From an uncultured Sangeribacter sp. (GTDB lineage Bacteria > Bacteroidota > Bacteroidia > Bacteroidales > Muribaculaceae): 64,000 nucleotides of DNA. Each line of letters opens with the position of its first letter. Position 1 is the first letter of the stretch. The notes under the pieces are model-generated. The model worked only from the letters and a program-made list of their open reading frames with translations. It did not search any database and was not told the DNA's origin. Shown here one piece after another: positions 7,717 to 17,921 of the stretch. Location of the stretch: NCBI GenBank assembly GCA_964574285.1, contig CAZNMC010000004.1, positions 1,447 through 65,446 of the forward strand, in the 5' to 3' direction. A program made the position numbers and the translations under genes.

Positions 7717-10077
7717 ATGAATCTTGATATAATAAGTGACCAGTCAACCAACTATTTCGACGAATTAAATCCTCAGCAGCGGGCTGCAGTGACTTACCAC
7801 GAGGGTCCTTCGTTGGTGATTGCCGGAGCCGGTTCCGGTAAAACCAGAGTACTCACATATAAAATAGCTCATCTAATAGCGCATGGTTTTGAGCCTTATC
7901 GAATCATGGCTCTCACCTTTACCAATAAGGCCGCTCGCGAAATGAAAGAGCGAATTGCCCAAACAGTTGGTTCTAAACTTGCTTCCCGGCTATGGATGGG
8001 GACTTTCCATTCAATTTTTCTCAGAATACTGCGTTCACATGCCGACCTTTTAGGTTATCGCCATGACTTTACAATTTATGATACCGCCGACTCGAAAGCT
8101 CTTATCAAAACGATAATCAAGGATATGGCTTTGGATGAGAAGACGTATAAACCATCCACAATTGCCTCCATTATATCAAATGCCAAAAACGCTTTGATCT
8201 CGCCTGAGACCTATATGGCCGACAAAGCAAGTCGAGATGCGGACAAGAGAGCTAATCGGCCCATGACAGCTTATATTTACTCAACCTATGTTAAGCGATG
8301 TAAAAGCGCTTCGGCAATGGATTTCGACGATATTCTCTTTCAAATGAATCTATTGCTGAGAGATTTCCCTGATATCTGCCGCCACTATCAAGAATTTTTT
8401 CGTTATATTCTTGTCGATGAATATCAAGACACCAATTTTGCCCAACACCTGATTATCACTCGATTGGCGGGTGAACAAAAACTGGTGTGTGTGGTCGGTG
8501 ATGATGCTCAAAGCATATATTCATTTCGAGGGGCAAACATAGCCAACATTCTCAATCTCAATCAAAGTTTCCCGGGACTAAAAGTATTCAAACTCGAAAG
8601 GAACTATCGCTCAACCCAAAATATTATCAATACGGCTGGAAGTCTGATTGAAAAAAATACATGTCAAATGGAAAAGCATGTATATAGCGAGAATGAGCCT
8701 GGTGACAAAGTGGAAATAGTATCTACCTATAGTGATTTTGAAGAAGCCTTTTTAGTGGCTAACCAAATATCCCAAACCCAACTCACTCACCACGATTCTC
8801 TTGATGAGTATGCTGTTCTTTATCGCACCAACGCACAAAGCCGTCAACTGGAAGAATCCCTGCGAAAACGAAATATCCCCTATCGAATCTATGGTGGACT
8901 CTCTTTCTACCAACGCAAGGAAGTAAAAGATGCAATATGTTATTTCAGATTAGTCGTAAATCCTGATGATGACGAAGCATTGCGGCGCATTATCAACTTC
9001 CCCGCTCGGGGAATAGGAGAGACTACGCTAAAAAAGTTAACCCACTCCGCAATTGCCGAAGGAAAAAGTATATGGCAGATAATTGCTGACCCCGAAGCAG
9101 CTAATTTAAAATTGAATTCCGGTACGCTGAAGAAACTCTCATCTTTTCAGTCGATGATTGCCGAGTTTCATGACGCTCATATAAACGGAATGGATGCTTT
9201 CACATTGGGATCTAAAATATTTCAATCTATTGGCATGATTTCGATGCTTATACATGATAAAGCACCGGAAAGCATCAGTAAGAAAGAAAACCTCGAAGAG
9301 ATTTTGTCCGGGCTCCAAGAATTTGTGGAAGCAAGAGAAGAAGAAGGCAACGAAAGTAACACCCTCTCCGACTTCCTATCCGAAGTCTCACTGGCAACCG
9401 ATCAAGATCAAGACGACGAAAAAGATATTCCTAAAGTAACCTTAATGACCGTCCACGCGGCAAAAGGATTGGAATTTTCCCATGTTTGGATTGTTGGGGT
9501 GGAAGAAGAACTTTTTCCATCGGCTATGAGTATGGAGAGCCTGCCCCAAATTGAGGAAGAACGAAGATTGCTTTATGTGGCGATAACTCGGGCCAAAACC
9601 AACTGCACTCTAACATACGCTAAAAGCCGTTTTCGCAATGGACAGACCATTTCCACTCGACCCTCTCGTTTCATCTATGATCTCGACCAGCGTTTCTTAC
9701 GGATAGAAACTTCCTCTAACCTTGGCAATTCCTCTTCCGGATTTATTGATCCAACATCTAATTGGCTTGCACCCAGACGCTCGGGTACCTATCGTTCCTC
9801 GGCAGGAGGCCAAATAATATCCAATAATTTTGGCCATCGGAACGAAAAAATTAACTCCTCTCAAAAAAAACTTACCTCCCACACTGCCAATGCCGCCCAA
9901 AGTCTGCATAGTCCCTCAGAATTATCCATAGGGATGCGTATAAATCATTCTCGATTTGGAGGCGGTGTTATCACTGGTATTGGCGACCTTTCGGGAGAAC
10001 CTATGATTTCTGTAAAATTCGATCAAGTTGGCCCCAAAAAGCTTCTACTAAAATTCGCTCGTTTCAGCATTGACTGA
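7717..10077 (+). CDS. pcrA: UvrD/PcrA ATP-dependent DNA helicase
   Basis: AGAGSGKT, DEYQDTN, GDDAQSIY, TVHAAKGLEF, EERRLLYVAITRA; C-terminal Tudor-like domain. TAAATTTG -7 box at 7648-7655. Confidence 0.93.
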   Translation: MNLDIISDQSTNYFDELNPQQRAAVTYHEGPSLVIAGAGSGKTRVLTYKIAHLIAHGFEPYRIMALTFTNKAAREMKERIAQTVGSKLASRLWMGTFHSIFLRILRSHADLLGYRHDFTIYDTADSKALIKTIIKDMALDEKTYKPSTIASIISNAKNALISPETYMADKASRDADKRANRPMTAYIYSTYVKRCKSASAMDFDDILFQMNLLLRDFPDICRHYQEFFRYILVDEYQDTNFAQHLIITRLAGEQKLVCVVGDDAQSIYSFRGANIANILNLNQSFPGLKVFKLERNYRSTQNIINTAGSLIEKNTCQMEKHVYSENEPGDKVEIVSTYSDFEEAFLVANQISQTQLTHHDSLDEYAVLYRTNAQSRQLEESLRKRNIPYRIYGGLSFYQRKEVKDAICYFRLVVNPDDDEALRRIINFPARGIGETTLKKLTHSAIAEGKSIWQIIADPEAANLKLNSGTLKKLSSFQSMIAEFHDAHINGMDAFTLGSKIFQSIGMISMLIHDKAPESISKKENLEEILSGLQEFVEAREEEGNESNTLSDFLSEVSLATDQDQDDEKDIPKVTLMTVHAAKGLEFSHVWIVGVEEELFPSAMSMESLPQIEEERRLLYVAITRAKTNCTLTYAKSRFRNGQTISTRPSRFIYDLDQRFLRIETSSNLGNSSSGFIDPTSNWLAPRRSGTYRSSAGGQIISNNFGHRNEKINSSQKKLTSHTANAAQSLHSPSELSIGMRINHSRFGGGVITGIGDLSGEPMISVKFDQVGPKKLLLKFARFSID

Positions 10078-10117
10078 TAAAATTCTTTTACTCTTCCCCG
10101 TTATATTAAAACTAACT

Positions 10118-11272
10118 ATGACGCTTCCAACACCTTATTATATCGTTTACGAGGATAGGCTACGACAAAATCTCAACCTTCTGGCAGAAGTACGCCAGCG
10201 GGCTAACGTAGAAATAATCATGGCCTTAAAAGCTAATGCCTTATGGAAAACATTTGGCGTAATAGCCCAACAATTTCCCAATTCGACTGCAAGTTCTCTC
10301 AATGAAATGCGTCTGTCACTGGATTATCTGGGAGGAGAAGTCCACACATACTGCCCGGTTTATACCGCCGACACCTTCCCCTTATTTTTAGAAGGTAGTT
10401 CCCATATCACTTTTAATTCACCCCGCTTATATCTTCGCTTTAAAGAACAGATTGAGAATTGGAATCACACTCACCCACAGAGACAGGTTTCCCCCGGACT
10501 TAGAATCAATCCTCGATGCAGTGTGATAGAAACCGACATATATAATCCTTGCGTTCCCGGCTCTCGCTTTGGAATCAATTCCGATCAACTTCATGAGCTG
10601 CCTCCAGGCATTCAAGGCCTTCACTTTCACGCCTTATGCGAGTCAAACAGCTATGATTTGGAAAAAGTCTTAAATGCCCTTGTAAATCAATTTGATCAAT
10701 TTCTAAAACAAGTCAAATGGTTAAACATGGGAGGTGGACATCTTATGACACGCAAAGGATACGATATTGACCACCTGGTTGCTCTTCTCAATGATTTCCA
10801 TTCTTGCTATCCAAACCTAAAACTGATTATGGAACCAGGAAGCGCATTCACATGGCAGACAGGGGATCTGATAACTCAAGTTTTAGATATCGTAGAAGAT
10901 GCCGGCATCCGCACCGCAATAATCGATGCTTCCTTTGCCTGCCACATGCCCGACGTCCTTGAAATGCCTTATCTACCCGAGATAAAAGAAGCATTCCCAA
11001 ACTCAGAACGCGAGTCCAATCAGGGATATGATTATCGATTGGGCGGTAATTCATGCTTAAGCGGTGACTTTGCCGGTCCATGGCGCTTTCCAAAGGAACT
11101 AAAGCCCGGTGATCGACTCACTCTAAAAGACATGAATCATTACACCACCGTTAAGACAAATATGTTCAATGGAATTAATCATCCCGACATCTACTTGCAA
11201 TCTGCAAATGAACCCTCTCCTCGCCTACTAAGACATTTTACTTACGAAGACTATCGCAGTCGAATGGACTGA
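10118..11272 (+). CDS. nspC: Carboxynorspermidine decarboxylase
   Basis: PTPYY, ALKA (PLP Lys), PCVPGSRFG, GLHFHALCE, NMGGGH, CHMPD, HYTTVKTNMFNGI. ATG 10118 preferred over the TTG at 10070. Confidence 0.93.
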   Translation: MTLPTPYYIVYEDRLRQNLNLLAEVRQRANVEIIMALKANALWKTFGVIAQQFPNSTASSLNEMRLSLDYLGGEVHTYCPVYTADTFPLFLEGSSHITFNSPRLYLRFKEQIENWNHTHPQRQVSPGLRINPRCSVIETDIYNPCVPGSRFGINSDQLHELPPGIQGLHFHALCESNSYDLEKVLNALVNQFDQFLKQVKWLNMGGGHLMTRKGYDIDHLVALLNDFHSCYPNLKLIMEPGSAFTWQTGDLITQVLDIVEDAGIRTAIIDASFACHMPDVLEMPYLPEIKEAFPNSERESNQGYDYRLGGNSCLSGDFAGPWRFPKELKPGDRLTLKDMNHYTTVKTNMFNGINHPDIYLQSANEPSPRLLRHFTYEDYRSRMD

Positions 11273-11340
11273 CCCTTACTGTTCAAAATGATTTTTCAAA
11301 TCATCATTCAATAAAATTATTAAGAATAGTTGGAAAAAAT

Positions 11341-11371
11341 TTTGTCGGGTCGAAAGAAATTTCTATCTTTG
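11341..11371 (+). promoter_or_regulatory. Housekeeping promoter of tRNA-Ala
   Basis: TTTG (11341-11344), 19-nt spacer, TATCTTTG (11364-11371). Confidence 0.8.
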
Positions 11372-11391
11372 CATCGTAATTAACTCTTGAT

Positions 11392-11465
11392 GGGGCATTA
11401 GCTCATCTGGCTAGAGCGTTTGACTGGCAGTCAAGAGGTGACCAGTTCGAGTCTGGTATGCTCCA
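11392..11465 (+). tRNA. tRNA-Ala(GGC)
   Basis: Acceptor stem GGGGCAT/ATGCTCC with the G3:U70 Ala identity pair. Anticodon loop CTGGCAG, T-loop TTCGAGT. CCA is not encoded. Confidence 0.97.
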
Positions 11466-11472
11466 CAAATCT

Positions 11473-11514
11473 AATCGCTAATATTTCGATTATTCTGAAT
11501 ATTAGCGATTTTTT
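11473..11514 (+). terminator. Intrinsic terminator after tRNA-Ala
   Basis: AATCGCTAATATT / AATATTAGCGATT 13-bp stem running into a T tract. Confidence 0.75.
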
Positions 11515-11597
11515 CATTACCCATACCTAAAAATTTCTCTATTCGGATTATTGGTCTCTAAATATTTATTAAAACAAATTAGATTCAACCTGGAGAG

Positions 11598-11629
11598 TTT
11601 GAATTTAAAAGGGATTTTTCGTAATTTTG
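11598..11629 (+). promoter_or_regulatory. Housekeeping promoter of dapA-dnaG
   Basis: TTTG (11598-11601), 20-nt spacer, TAATTTTG (11622-11629). Confidence 0.75.
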
Positions 11630-11703
11630 CATTATTAACAATCTGTCTTATGCGTTGAGACCTTCTTCATCACGATGAGTCACGCTGACAGTGTCGAAAA
11701 ATT

Positions 11704-12594
11704 ATGACAACTTTTAATCTGAAGGGAATGGGAGTGGCATTAATCACTCCGTTCAAACAAGATAAATCCATTGACTTGGAAGCCCTTGACCGCCTCTTGG
11801 ATCATTTGGTAGATGCACAGGTCGACTATTTAGTAGTCCTTGGCACCACAGGCGAGACCCCTACTCTATCCAATCCGGAACGCCAGGAAATTAAAAATCG
11901 TGTCCGCCAAAAAATCAATGGTCGCATTCCGCTCGTGATTGGTGTTGGCGGAAACGACACCACAAGAGTTGCCCAAGAGTTAAGTAACGACGATTTAGAC
12001 GGTTTTCAGGCAGTATTGTCCGTCGTGCCCTTCTATAACAAACCTTCCCAAGAAGGCATCTTTCAACATTATTCCACACTCGCCCAAGCCTCTCCGCTTC
12101 CGATTGTCCTCTACAATGTCCCAGGACGGACAGGAGTTAATATGACTGCAGAAACTACTCTGCGACTCGCCCGGTCAAATGAAAAATTTATCGGTGTGAA
12201 AGAAGCTTCCGGCAATTTTGTGCAAATTGAGGAAATAATTAAACAGAAACCGGAGCGCTTCCAAGTAATTTCCGGCGACGACGGAATAACATATCCGTTG
12301 ATGACTTTAGGAGCCACCGGAGTAATCTCTGTGATAGGAAATGCTTTGCCACGCGAGTTCGGACACATGGTCCGGCTGTGTCTCAACCATCAATTTGATG
12401 AAGCACTTAAGATTCATTACAAATTTACGGAGCTCTTCAACCTGATGTTTGTCGATGGCAATCCGGCCGGTGTAAAATGTGCTCTCAACGCATTGGGACT
12501 CATAGATAATGTATTGAGGTTGCCACTTGTCCCCACTCGTTTATCAACCAACGAAAAAATCCACACCTTGCTGACTGATTTGCGGAAAAGTTAG
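11704..12594 (+). CDS. dapA: 4-hydroxy-tetrahydrodipicolinate synthase
   Basis: ALITPF, GTTGE, PFYNKPSQEG, YNVPGRTG, GVKEASG, SGDD. Confidence 0.97.
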   Translation: MTTFNLKGMGVALITPFKQDKSIDLEALDRLLDHLVDAQVDYLVVLGTTGETPTLSNPERQEIKNRVRQKINGRIPLVIGVGGNDTTRVAQELSNDDLDGFQAVLSVVPFYNKPSQEGIFQHYSTLAQASPLPIVLYNVPGRTGVNMTAETTLRLARSNEKFIGVKEASGNFVQIEEIIKQKPERFQVISGDDGITYPLMTLGATGVISVIGNALPREFGHMVRLCLNHQFDEALKIHYKFTELFNLMFVDGNPAGVKCALNALGLIDNVLRLPLVPTRLSTNEKIHTLLTDLRKS

Positions 12595-12596
12595 TA

Positions 12597-14795
12597 ATGA
12601 TCGATCGAAACACTGCAGAAAAGATTAAAGACACAGCCAACATCGTTGAGGTTGTGAGCGATTACGTTCACCTGACTCGTCGGGGGGCTAATTACATGGG
12701 GCTCTGTCCATTTCATAATGAGCGCACTCCCTCTTTTTCAGTCAATCCACGTAAAAACTTCTGCTATTGCTTCTCCTGTCATAAAGGGGGATCTCCAATT
12801 AATTTCATCATGGAAAAAGAAGGTATCAACTATCATGATGCCTTACTTTACCTCGCAAAAAAATATGGCATCACAGTTGAAGAAAGAGAGCTGACCGATG
12901 AAGAACGTCGACAACAGAGTCTGCGGGAAGGAATGTTCGTCGCCAATGAATGGGCAATGCAAAAAATGGTTGCCGATTTAACCGATACTGACGAAGGACG
13001 CAACATTGGCGGTGCTTATTTTCATGAACGTGGGGTCACTCCCGAAGCTCTTAAAGTGTTTCGTCTTGGCTATGCCCTTGATCGGCCTAATTCGCTGAGC
13101 GAGGCTGCCAAACGTGTCGGTGTCGACATTGACATCCTAAAAGCTGTCGGACTTGTCGGCACAAGCCAACAGGGGAATCTATACGACCGTTTTCGCGGAC
13201 GCGTAATTTTCCCCATATTAAACTCATCCGGAAAAGTTGTGGCCTTCGGAGGACGTGACCTAAAAGGTGGACCCGCAAAATATGTCAACTCCCCCGAATC
13301 AGAAATATACCATAAAAACCGGGAGTTATATGGTATGTATCAAGCAAAAAATGAAATTGTCCGACAAGATAAATGTTTTCTTGTGGAAGGCTATATGGAT
13401 GTAATCGGTATGTGGCAATCCGGTCTGCAAAATGTAGTTGCTTCTTCCGGAACTGCGCTCACCGATGGACAGATTGCCTTGATACACCGGTTCACTGAAA
13501 ACATTACTCTTCTCTACGATGGAGATGCAGCCGGAGTGAAAGCCGCACTCAGAGGCATCGATATGCTACTGAGCCACAAAATGAAAGTGAAAGTCCTTCT
13601 CCTTCCGGACGGTCACGACCCCGATTCATTTGCACGAAAAAACACACCCGAAGAGTTCCGCAAATATGTCGAAGAACATGAAACCGATATCATTCGCTTC
13701 AAGGCACAGGTTATGATGCAGGATGCTGGCTCCGATCCATTAAAGCGATCCGATGCCGTCCGAAGCGTGGTGAAATCTTTAGCATGTGTGCCAGACCCTA
13801 TTACCGCTAATGTGTATGTCCAGGAATGTGCTCGGCTGATGAATGTCGATGAAAGCATTATTGCTGCCGAAACCAGTCGCATTCGTATAGAAATGCTTGA
13901 AAAAATGAGAACCGAGCGCAGACAACAACGCGACCGAGACCGAATAAATCAAGCTGCACAAAAGAACTCTTCCGTTTTATCGACGCAACCGATAACAACC
14001 GGATTTTCCAAACCTTCCCCGCCTGAAATTAAACCTACAGAAAGTAAGTCTCCCCAAAACCTTCTTTATCCTTTTGAAAGACAAATAGCCAGCTACTGCG
14101 TCCGATTCGGAGCAATGGATTTTTGCGAAGTAGAAGATGAAAACGGAGAAATTTTTTGGTTCTCGGTGGCTGACTACATTTTATGGGATTTAGAGGAATA
14201 CCAAATGCAATTCTCCACACCCGAATTTCAACAAGTAATCAATGCCGCTACTGCCCTACGGTCACACTTCCTCGAAGACAGGGACCGATATCGCAACCAA
14301 CTCAATCAGTCAGCTCAAGCCATGCGGGAGCAAGGAATAGCTGAAATCCGTGAAAAAAACCTTGACATCCAGTCGATCCAAAGAGAGGAGGAGTTGCTTG
14401 AACAAAGAATTACACACCATTTGGAAGAAGAAGAAACACAATGGGCTGCCGCTTACACAGGAAAAGTCCTCGCAAGCTCAGAAGAAGATTTTGTCAGACA
14501 ATTTGCCAATGAATGCTTAGCTGACCAGAAACCACTAAGCCGAAGATTCTCCATACAGGGTACCCAAATGGAACACGACAGATTAGTGGAGCTGATTCCC
14601 AGAGCTTTATTCGAATGGAGACAGGGGCTCATAAGACAAAAAATGGAGAATCTTCGCCGGGAAATAGCCAAATCTGATAGCGAAGGAGATAGCCAAGCAT
14701 TGCACCAGGCTATGATGGAAATAACCCAACTGCAAAAAATCGAACGTGAATTGGCAAAAAATATTGGTGACAGAGTGGTGTCACCCCGAAGATAA
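12597..14795 (+). CDS. dnaG: DNA primase
   Basis: CHC2 zinc finger CPFH...CFSC, KYVNSPES, TOPRIM motifs VEGYMD and YDGDAAG, DPD. Confidence 0.97.
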   Translation: MIDRNTAEKIKDTANIVEVVSDYVHLTRRGANYMGLCPFHNERTPSFSVNPRKNFCYCFSCHKGGSPINFIMEKEGINYHDALLYLAKKYGITVEERELTDEERRQQSLREGMFVANEWAMQKMVADLTDTDEGRNIGGAYFHERGVTPEALKVFRLGYALDRPNSLSEAAKRVGVDIDILKAVGLVGTSQQGNLYDRFRGRVIFPILNSSGKVVAFGGRDLKGGPAKYVNSPESEIYHKNRELYGMYQAKNEIVRQDKCFLVEGYMDVIGMWQSGLQNVVASSGTALTDGQIALIHRFTENITLLYDGDAAGVKAALRGIDMLLSHKMKVKVLLLPDGHDPDSFARKNTPEEFRKYVEEHETDIIRFKAQVMMQDAGSDPLKRSDAVRSVVKSLACVPDPITANVYVQECARLMNVDESIIAAETSRIRIEMLEKMRTERRQQRDRDRINQAAQKNSSVLSTQPITTGFSKPSPPEIKPTESKSPQNLLYPFERQIASYCVRFGAMDFCEVEDENGEIFWFSVADYILWDLEEYQMQFSTPEFQQVINAATALRSHFLEDRDRYRNQLNQSAQAMREQGIAEIREKNLDIQSIQREEELLEQRITHHLEEEETQWAAAYTGKVLASSEEDFVRQFANECLADQKPLSRRFSIQGTQMEHDRLVELIPRALFEWRQGLIRQKMENLRREIAKSDSEGDSQALHQAMMEITQLQKIERELAKNIGDRVVSPRR

Positions 14796-14864
14796 ACTAC
14801 CGATGCAAAAATAAAGCATACAATTAACTTAAATTTTCAAAAGATTTTAATTCTAAACTCTTAA

Positions 14865-15815
14865 ATGACAGATACAGCAATAAAAGACAATATACTTGAA
14901 GTGAGCAATCTGAGCAAACATTATGCTAATAAGACCGCTCTCGACAATGTTACTTTTTCCGTTGAAAGAGGTGCCATATGCGGTGTCCTTGGTCCTAATG
15001 GAGCCGGAAAAACTACTCTTCTGCGCATCATAAACTCTATTTTAGTGAGCGACACCGGCACTGTAAAAGTCAATGGATTGCCTGCCTCAAAAGAGATAAA
15101 CCGTGCTATTGGCTACATGCCCGAAGAGCGGGGACTGTACGACAAAATGCGGGTAGAAGACCAAATAATGTATTTCGGTCAGCTAAAAGGAGGCGACCCG
15201 AAGCGACTTCGCATCGTCATGAATGAATACATGGAGCTTTTCAACCTAATTCCCGACCGACGCCGGAGAGTGAAAGAACTTTCGAAAGGAAACCAACAAA
15301 AAGTTCAGATCATATCCACTCTTGTCCACGAACCCGAACTTGTAATCCTCGATGAACCTTTCAGCGGCTTTGACCCCATAAATGGTGCCATTCTACAACA
15401 ACTGATTGAGAGACTACATGAGCGGGGCACTACAATCATGCTCTCTTCTCATAATATGCCTGCAATCGAAGAAATATGTTCCGACATAGTCTTGATCAAT
15501 CAAGGTCAGCTGCTTTTAGAAGGCCATATCTCAGACATTAAAGAAAATCATCGCAACGATACTCTTTTGGTGACTACACGCAATCCCCTTTCTCTCAATC
15601 TTCTGAATGATAGTGGATTAATTACGGAAGGAAATCCAACTGAAACTCGCAATTGGCGCAAAGGACACGCTTATAGATTGAGAAAGAAGCCCGAGGTCAG
15701 AAATGCAGATATTTTGGAAGCAATTGCTCTACAAGGGGAAATCCTTCATTTTGAAGAAGAACTCCCATCTCTCAAAGACATTTTTCTTGCATACGCTTCC
15801 CCACAAGAAATCTAA
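14865..15815 (+). CDS. ABC transporter ATP-binding protein (NatA/YhaQ-like)
   Basis: GPNGAGKTT, GYMPEERGLY, LSKGNQQK, LDEPFSG. Confidence 0.92.
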   Translation: MTDTAIKDNILEVSNLSKHYANKTALDNVTFSVERGAICGVLGPNGAGKTTLLRIINSILVSDTGTVKVNGLPASKEINRAIGYMPEERGLYDKMRVEDQIMYFGQLKGGDPKRLRIVMNEYMELFNLIPDRRRRVKELSKGNQQKVQIISTLVHEPELVILDEPFSGFDPINGAILQQLIERLHERGTTIMLSSHNMPAIEEICSDIVLINQGQLLLEGHISDIKENHRNDTLLVTTRNPLSLNLLNDSGLITEGNPTETRNWRKGHAYRLRKKPEVRNADILEAIALQGEILHFEEELPSLKDIFLAYASPQEI

Positions 15816-15844
15816 CCGATAATTACACCAATAATCCCACTGAT

Positions 15845-16744
15845 ATGTCACAGATTAGTCTAATTATAAAAAATGAATATCTGACCGATATCCGAACCAA
15901 ATCGTTTTGGATCGCCACAATTGCATTTCCTTTAGTGATGCTCCTGTTTGGTGGATTTATCGGATACTTAGCCTCAGATTCCGAATCTCTCACAAAGGCT
16001 GCTAATTTTGCCGCTCCCGATTCAAACGATTTGACTCCCGCCAAAATTTTGGGGATGATGCTCGGCATGATGCTCACTTTGTTCATAATGATGTATGGAG
16101 CTCAGATTTTCAACAAAGTGAAGACTGAAAAATGTAATAGAATTGTCGAAATACTGAGCACATGTGTGGATGGGAGAACCATGCTCCTTGCTAAAATAAT
16201 CTCAGTCGGTCTCATTGGCATCACTCAATTACTTCTATGGTTCCTCATTATTGGCATAATAGTAAGCGGTATCCTGATAGTTTTCGCTCCCGACATTTCA
16301 TGGGATTTCCTCATGCGACCATTCTTCTGGACCGGATTGATTTGGAGTCTGCTTTTCTTTATCGGAGGCTACATATTCTATGCGTCTTTATTTGCCGCCG
16401 TTGGAGCTATGACCGATAAGAACAATGAAAATCAAGAATACATGTCTATTCTCACGTTTCTTCTGCTTGGTGCATTCTATATCGGCGAGTATGCCGTAGA
16501 CCATGGCGAAGGTGTATTATCAATCGTCTGTATGTTTCTCCCTTTCACATCTCCTACTGTCGGAACTGTCAATGCGGTTGGATCCGAAACTCCTCTATGG
16601 ATGTCTATCCTCTCCTTGGTAGTCCTATATGGGTGCGCGCTTATTTCAATAGTATTCGCCGGGAAAATATATACTTCCTCCCTCCTCCTTAAAGGAAAGA
16701 AATTTTCTCCTCGCGACATAATTACCTTCCTTAAATCAAAATAA
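15845..16744 (+). CDS. ABC-2 type permease (NatB/YhaP-like), compact
   Basis: IIKNEY...RTKSF, EKCNRIVEIL, PFTSP, KIY...LL.GKK; about 6-7 TM segments; follows the ATPase gene. Confidence 0.85.
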   Translation: MSQISLIIKNEYLTDIRTKSFWIATIAFPLVMLLFGGFIGYLASDSESLTKAANFAAPDSNDLTPAKILGMMLGMMLTLFIMMYGAQIFNKVKTEKCNRIVEILSTCVDGRTMLLAKIISVGLIGITQLLLWFLIIGIIVSGILIVFAPDISWDFLMRPFFWTGLIWSLLFFIGGYIFYASLFAAVGAMTDKNNENQEYMSILTFLLLGAFYIGEYAVDHGEGVLSIVCMFLPFTSPTVGTVNAVGSETPLWMSILSLVVLYGCALISIVFAGKIYTSSLLLKGKKFSPRDIITFLKSK

Positions 16745-16751
16745 GAAATCT

Positions 16752-17882
16752 ATGACATTCACTATTGAAGCAACCACTTCCGGTTCAAAAGCCAGAGCCG
16801 CTTCTTTCACTACTGCTCACGGATCGGTGGCTACACCGGTCTTTATGCCGGTTGGAACTGTGGCTTCAGTAAAAGGGGTACACCAACACGAATTGCGCGA
16901 CGACATTCATGCAAGAATAATTTTAGGTAATACTTATCATCTATATCTCCGGCCGGGAATGGAAATTCTCAAAGGTGCCGGTGGTTTACATAAATTTATG
17001 GGGTGGGAAAAGCCGATTCTTACCGATTCCGGTGGATTTCAGGTTTTTTCCCTCTCCGCACAGAGAAAACTTCGGGAAGAAGGGGCTCTATTCCGGAGTC
17101 ATATCGATGGATCAAAACACCTTTTCACTCCTGAAAACGTTGTGGACATTCAGCGAATAATCGGTTCCGACATCATGATGGCTCTTGACGAATGTGCTCC
17201 CGGGACTGCCGATTATGAATATGCTTCAAAATCCCTTGATCTCACATGCCGCTGGTTACAACGCGGGTGGGATCACTATCGATCCACGGAACCGATCTAC
17301 GGCCATTATCAATCTTTCTTTCCTATTGTGCAAGGATGTGTCTATCCCGACCTAAGAAGAAAATCTGCTGAATTTGTTGCTTCTTTGGGTGCCGACGGAA
17401 ATGCAATCGGTGGTTTAGCTGTGGGCGAACCTACCGAGAAAATGTATGAAATGATCGAAGTGGTCAACGAGATTTTACCCCAGGACAAACCTCGCTACCT
17501 GATGGGAGTTGGAACTCCAGCCAATATCCTTGAAGCTATTGATCGGGGGGTTGATATGATGGATTGTGTCATGCCGACACGTAACGGTAGAAACGGTATG
17601 ATTTTCACTCGCCATGGAATCATGAACATGCGAAACAAAAAATGGGCCGACGATTTCACCCCACTCGACCCGGGAGGAGCCTCTCAAGTAGATGAAGAGT
17701 ATTCCCGAGCCTATGTGCGGCACTTAGTGACGACCAACGAATTATTGGGAATGCAGATTTGTTCCATTCATAATTTGGCGTTCTATCTTTGGCTAGTGGA
17801 TGAAGCGCGTCGCCATATCCTGATCGGTGACTTTGCCAAATGGAAACCCGAAATGGTGGAAAATGTGACACGCCGTCTCTGA
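16752..17882 (+). CDS. tgt: tRNA-guanine(34) transglycosylase
   Basis: TPVFMPVGT, NTYHL, TDSGGFQ, GGLAVGE, RYLMGVG, DCVMPTRNGR. Confidence 0.98.
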   Translation: MTFTIEATTSGSKARAASFTTAHGSVATPVFMPVGTVASVKGVHQHELRDDIHARIILGNTYHLYLRPGMEILKGAGGLHKFMGWEKPILTDSGGFQVFSLSAQRKLREEGALFRSHIDGSKHLFTPENVVDIQRIIGSDIMMALDECAPGTADYEYASKSLDLTCRWLQRGWDHYRSTEPIYGHYQSFFPIVQGCVYPDLRRKSAEFVASLGADGNAIGGLAVGEPTEKMYEMIEVVNEILPQDKPRYLMGVGTPANILEAIDRGVDMMDCVMPTRNGRNGMIFTRHGIMNMRNKKWADDFTPLDPGGASQVDEEYSRAYVRHLVTTNELLGMQICSIHNLAFYLWLVDEARRHILIGDFAKWKPEMVENVTRRL

Positions 17883-17921
17883 CCCAATCTCTTTTTCAAT
17901 TCTATTCATAAGATTGATTAC

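Noticed and set aside
11392-11703. tRNA-Ala as an integration site for an island
   Set aside because: No integrase and no duplicated tRNA 3' end noticed; flanked by core genes nspC and dapA.
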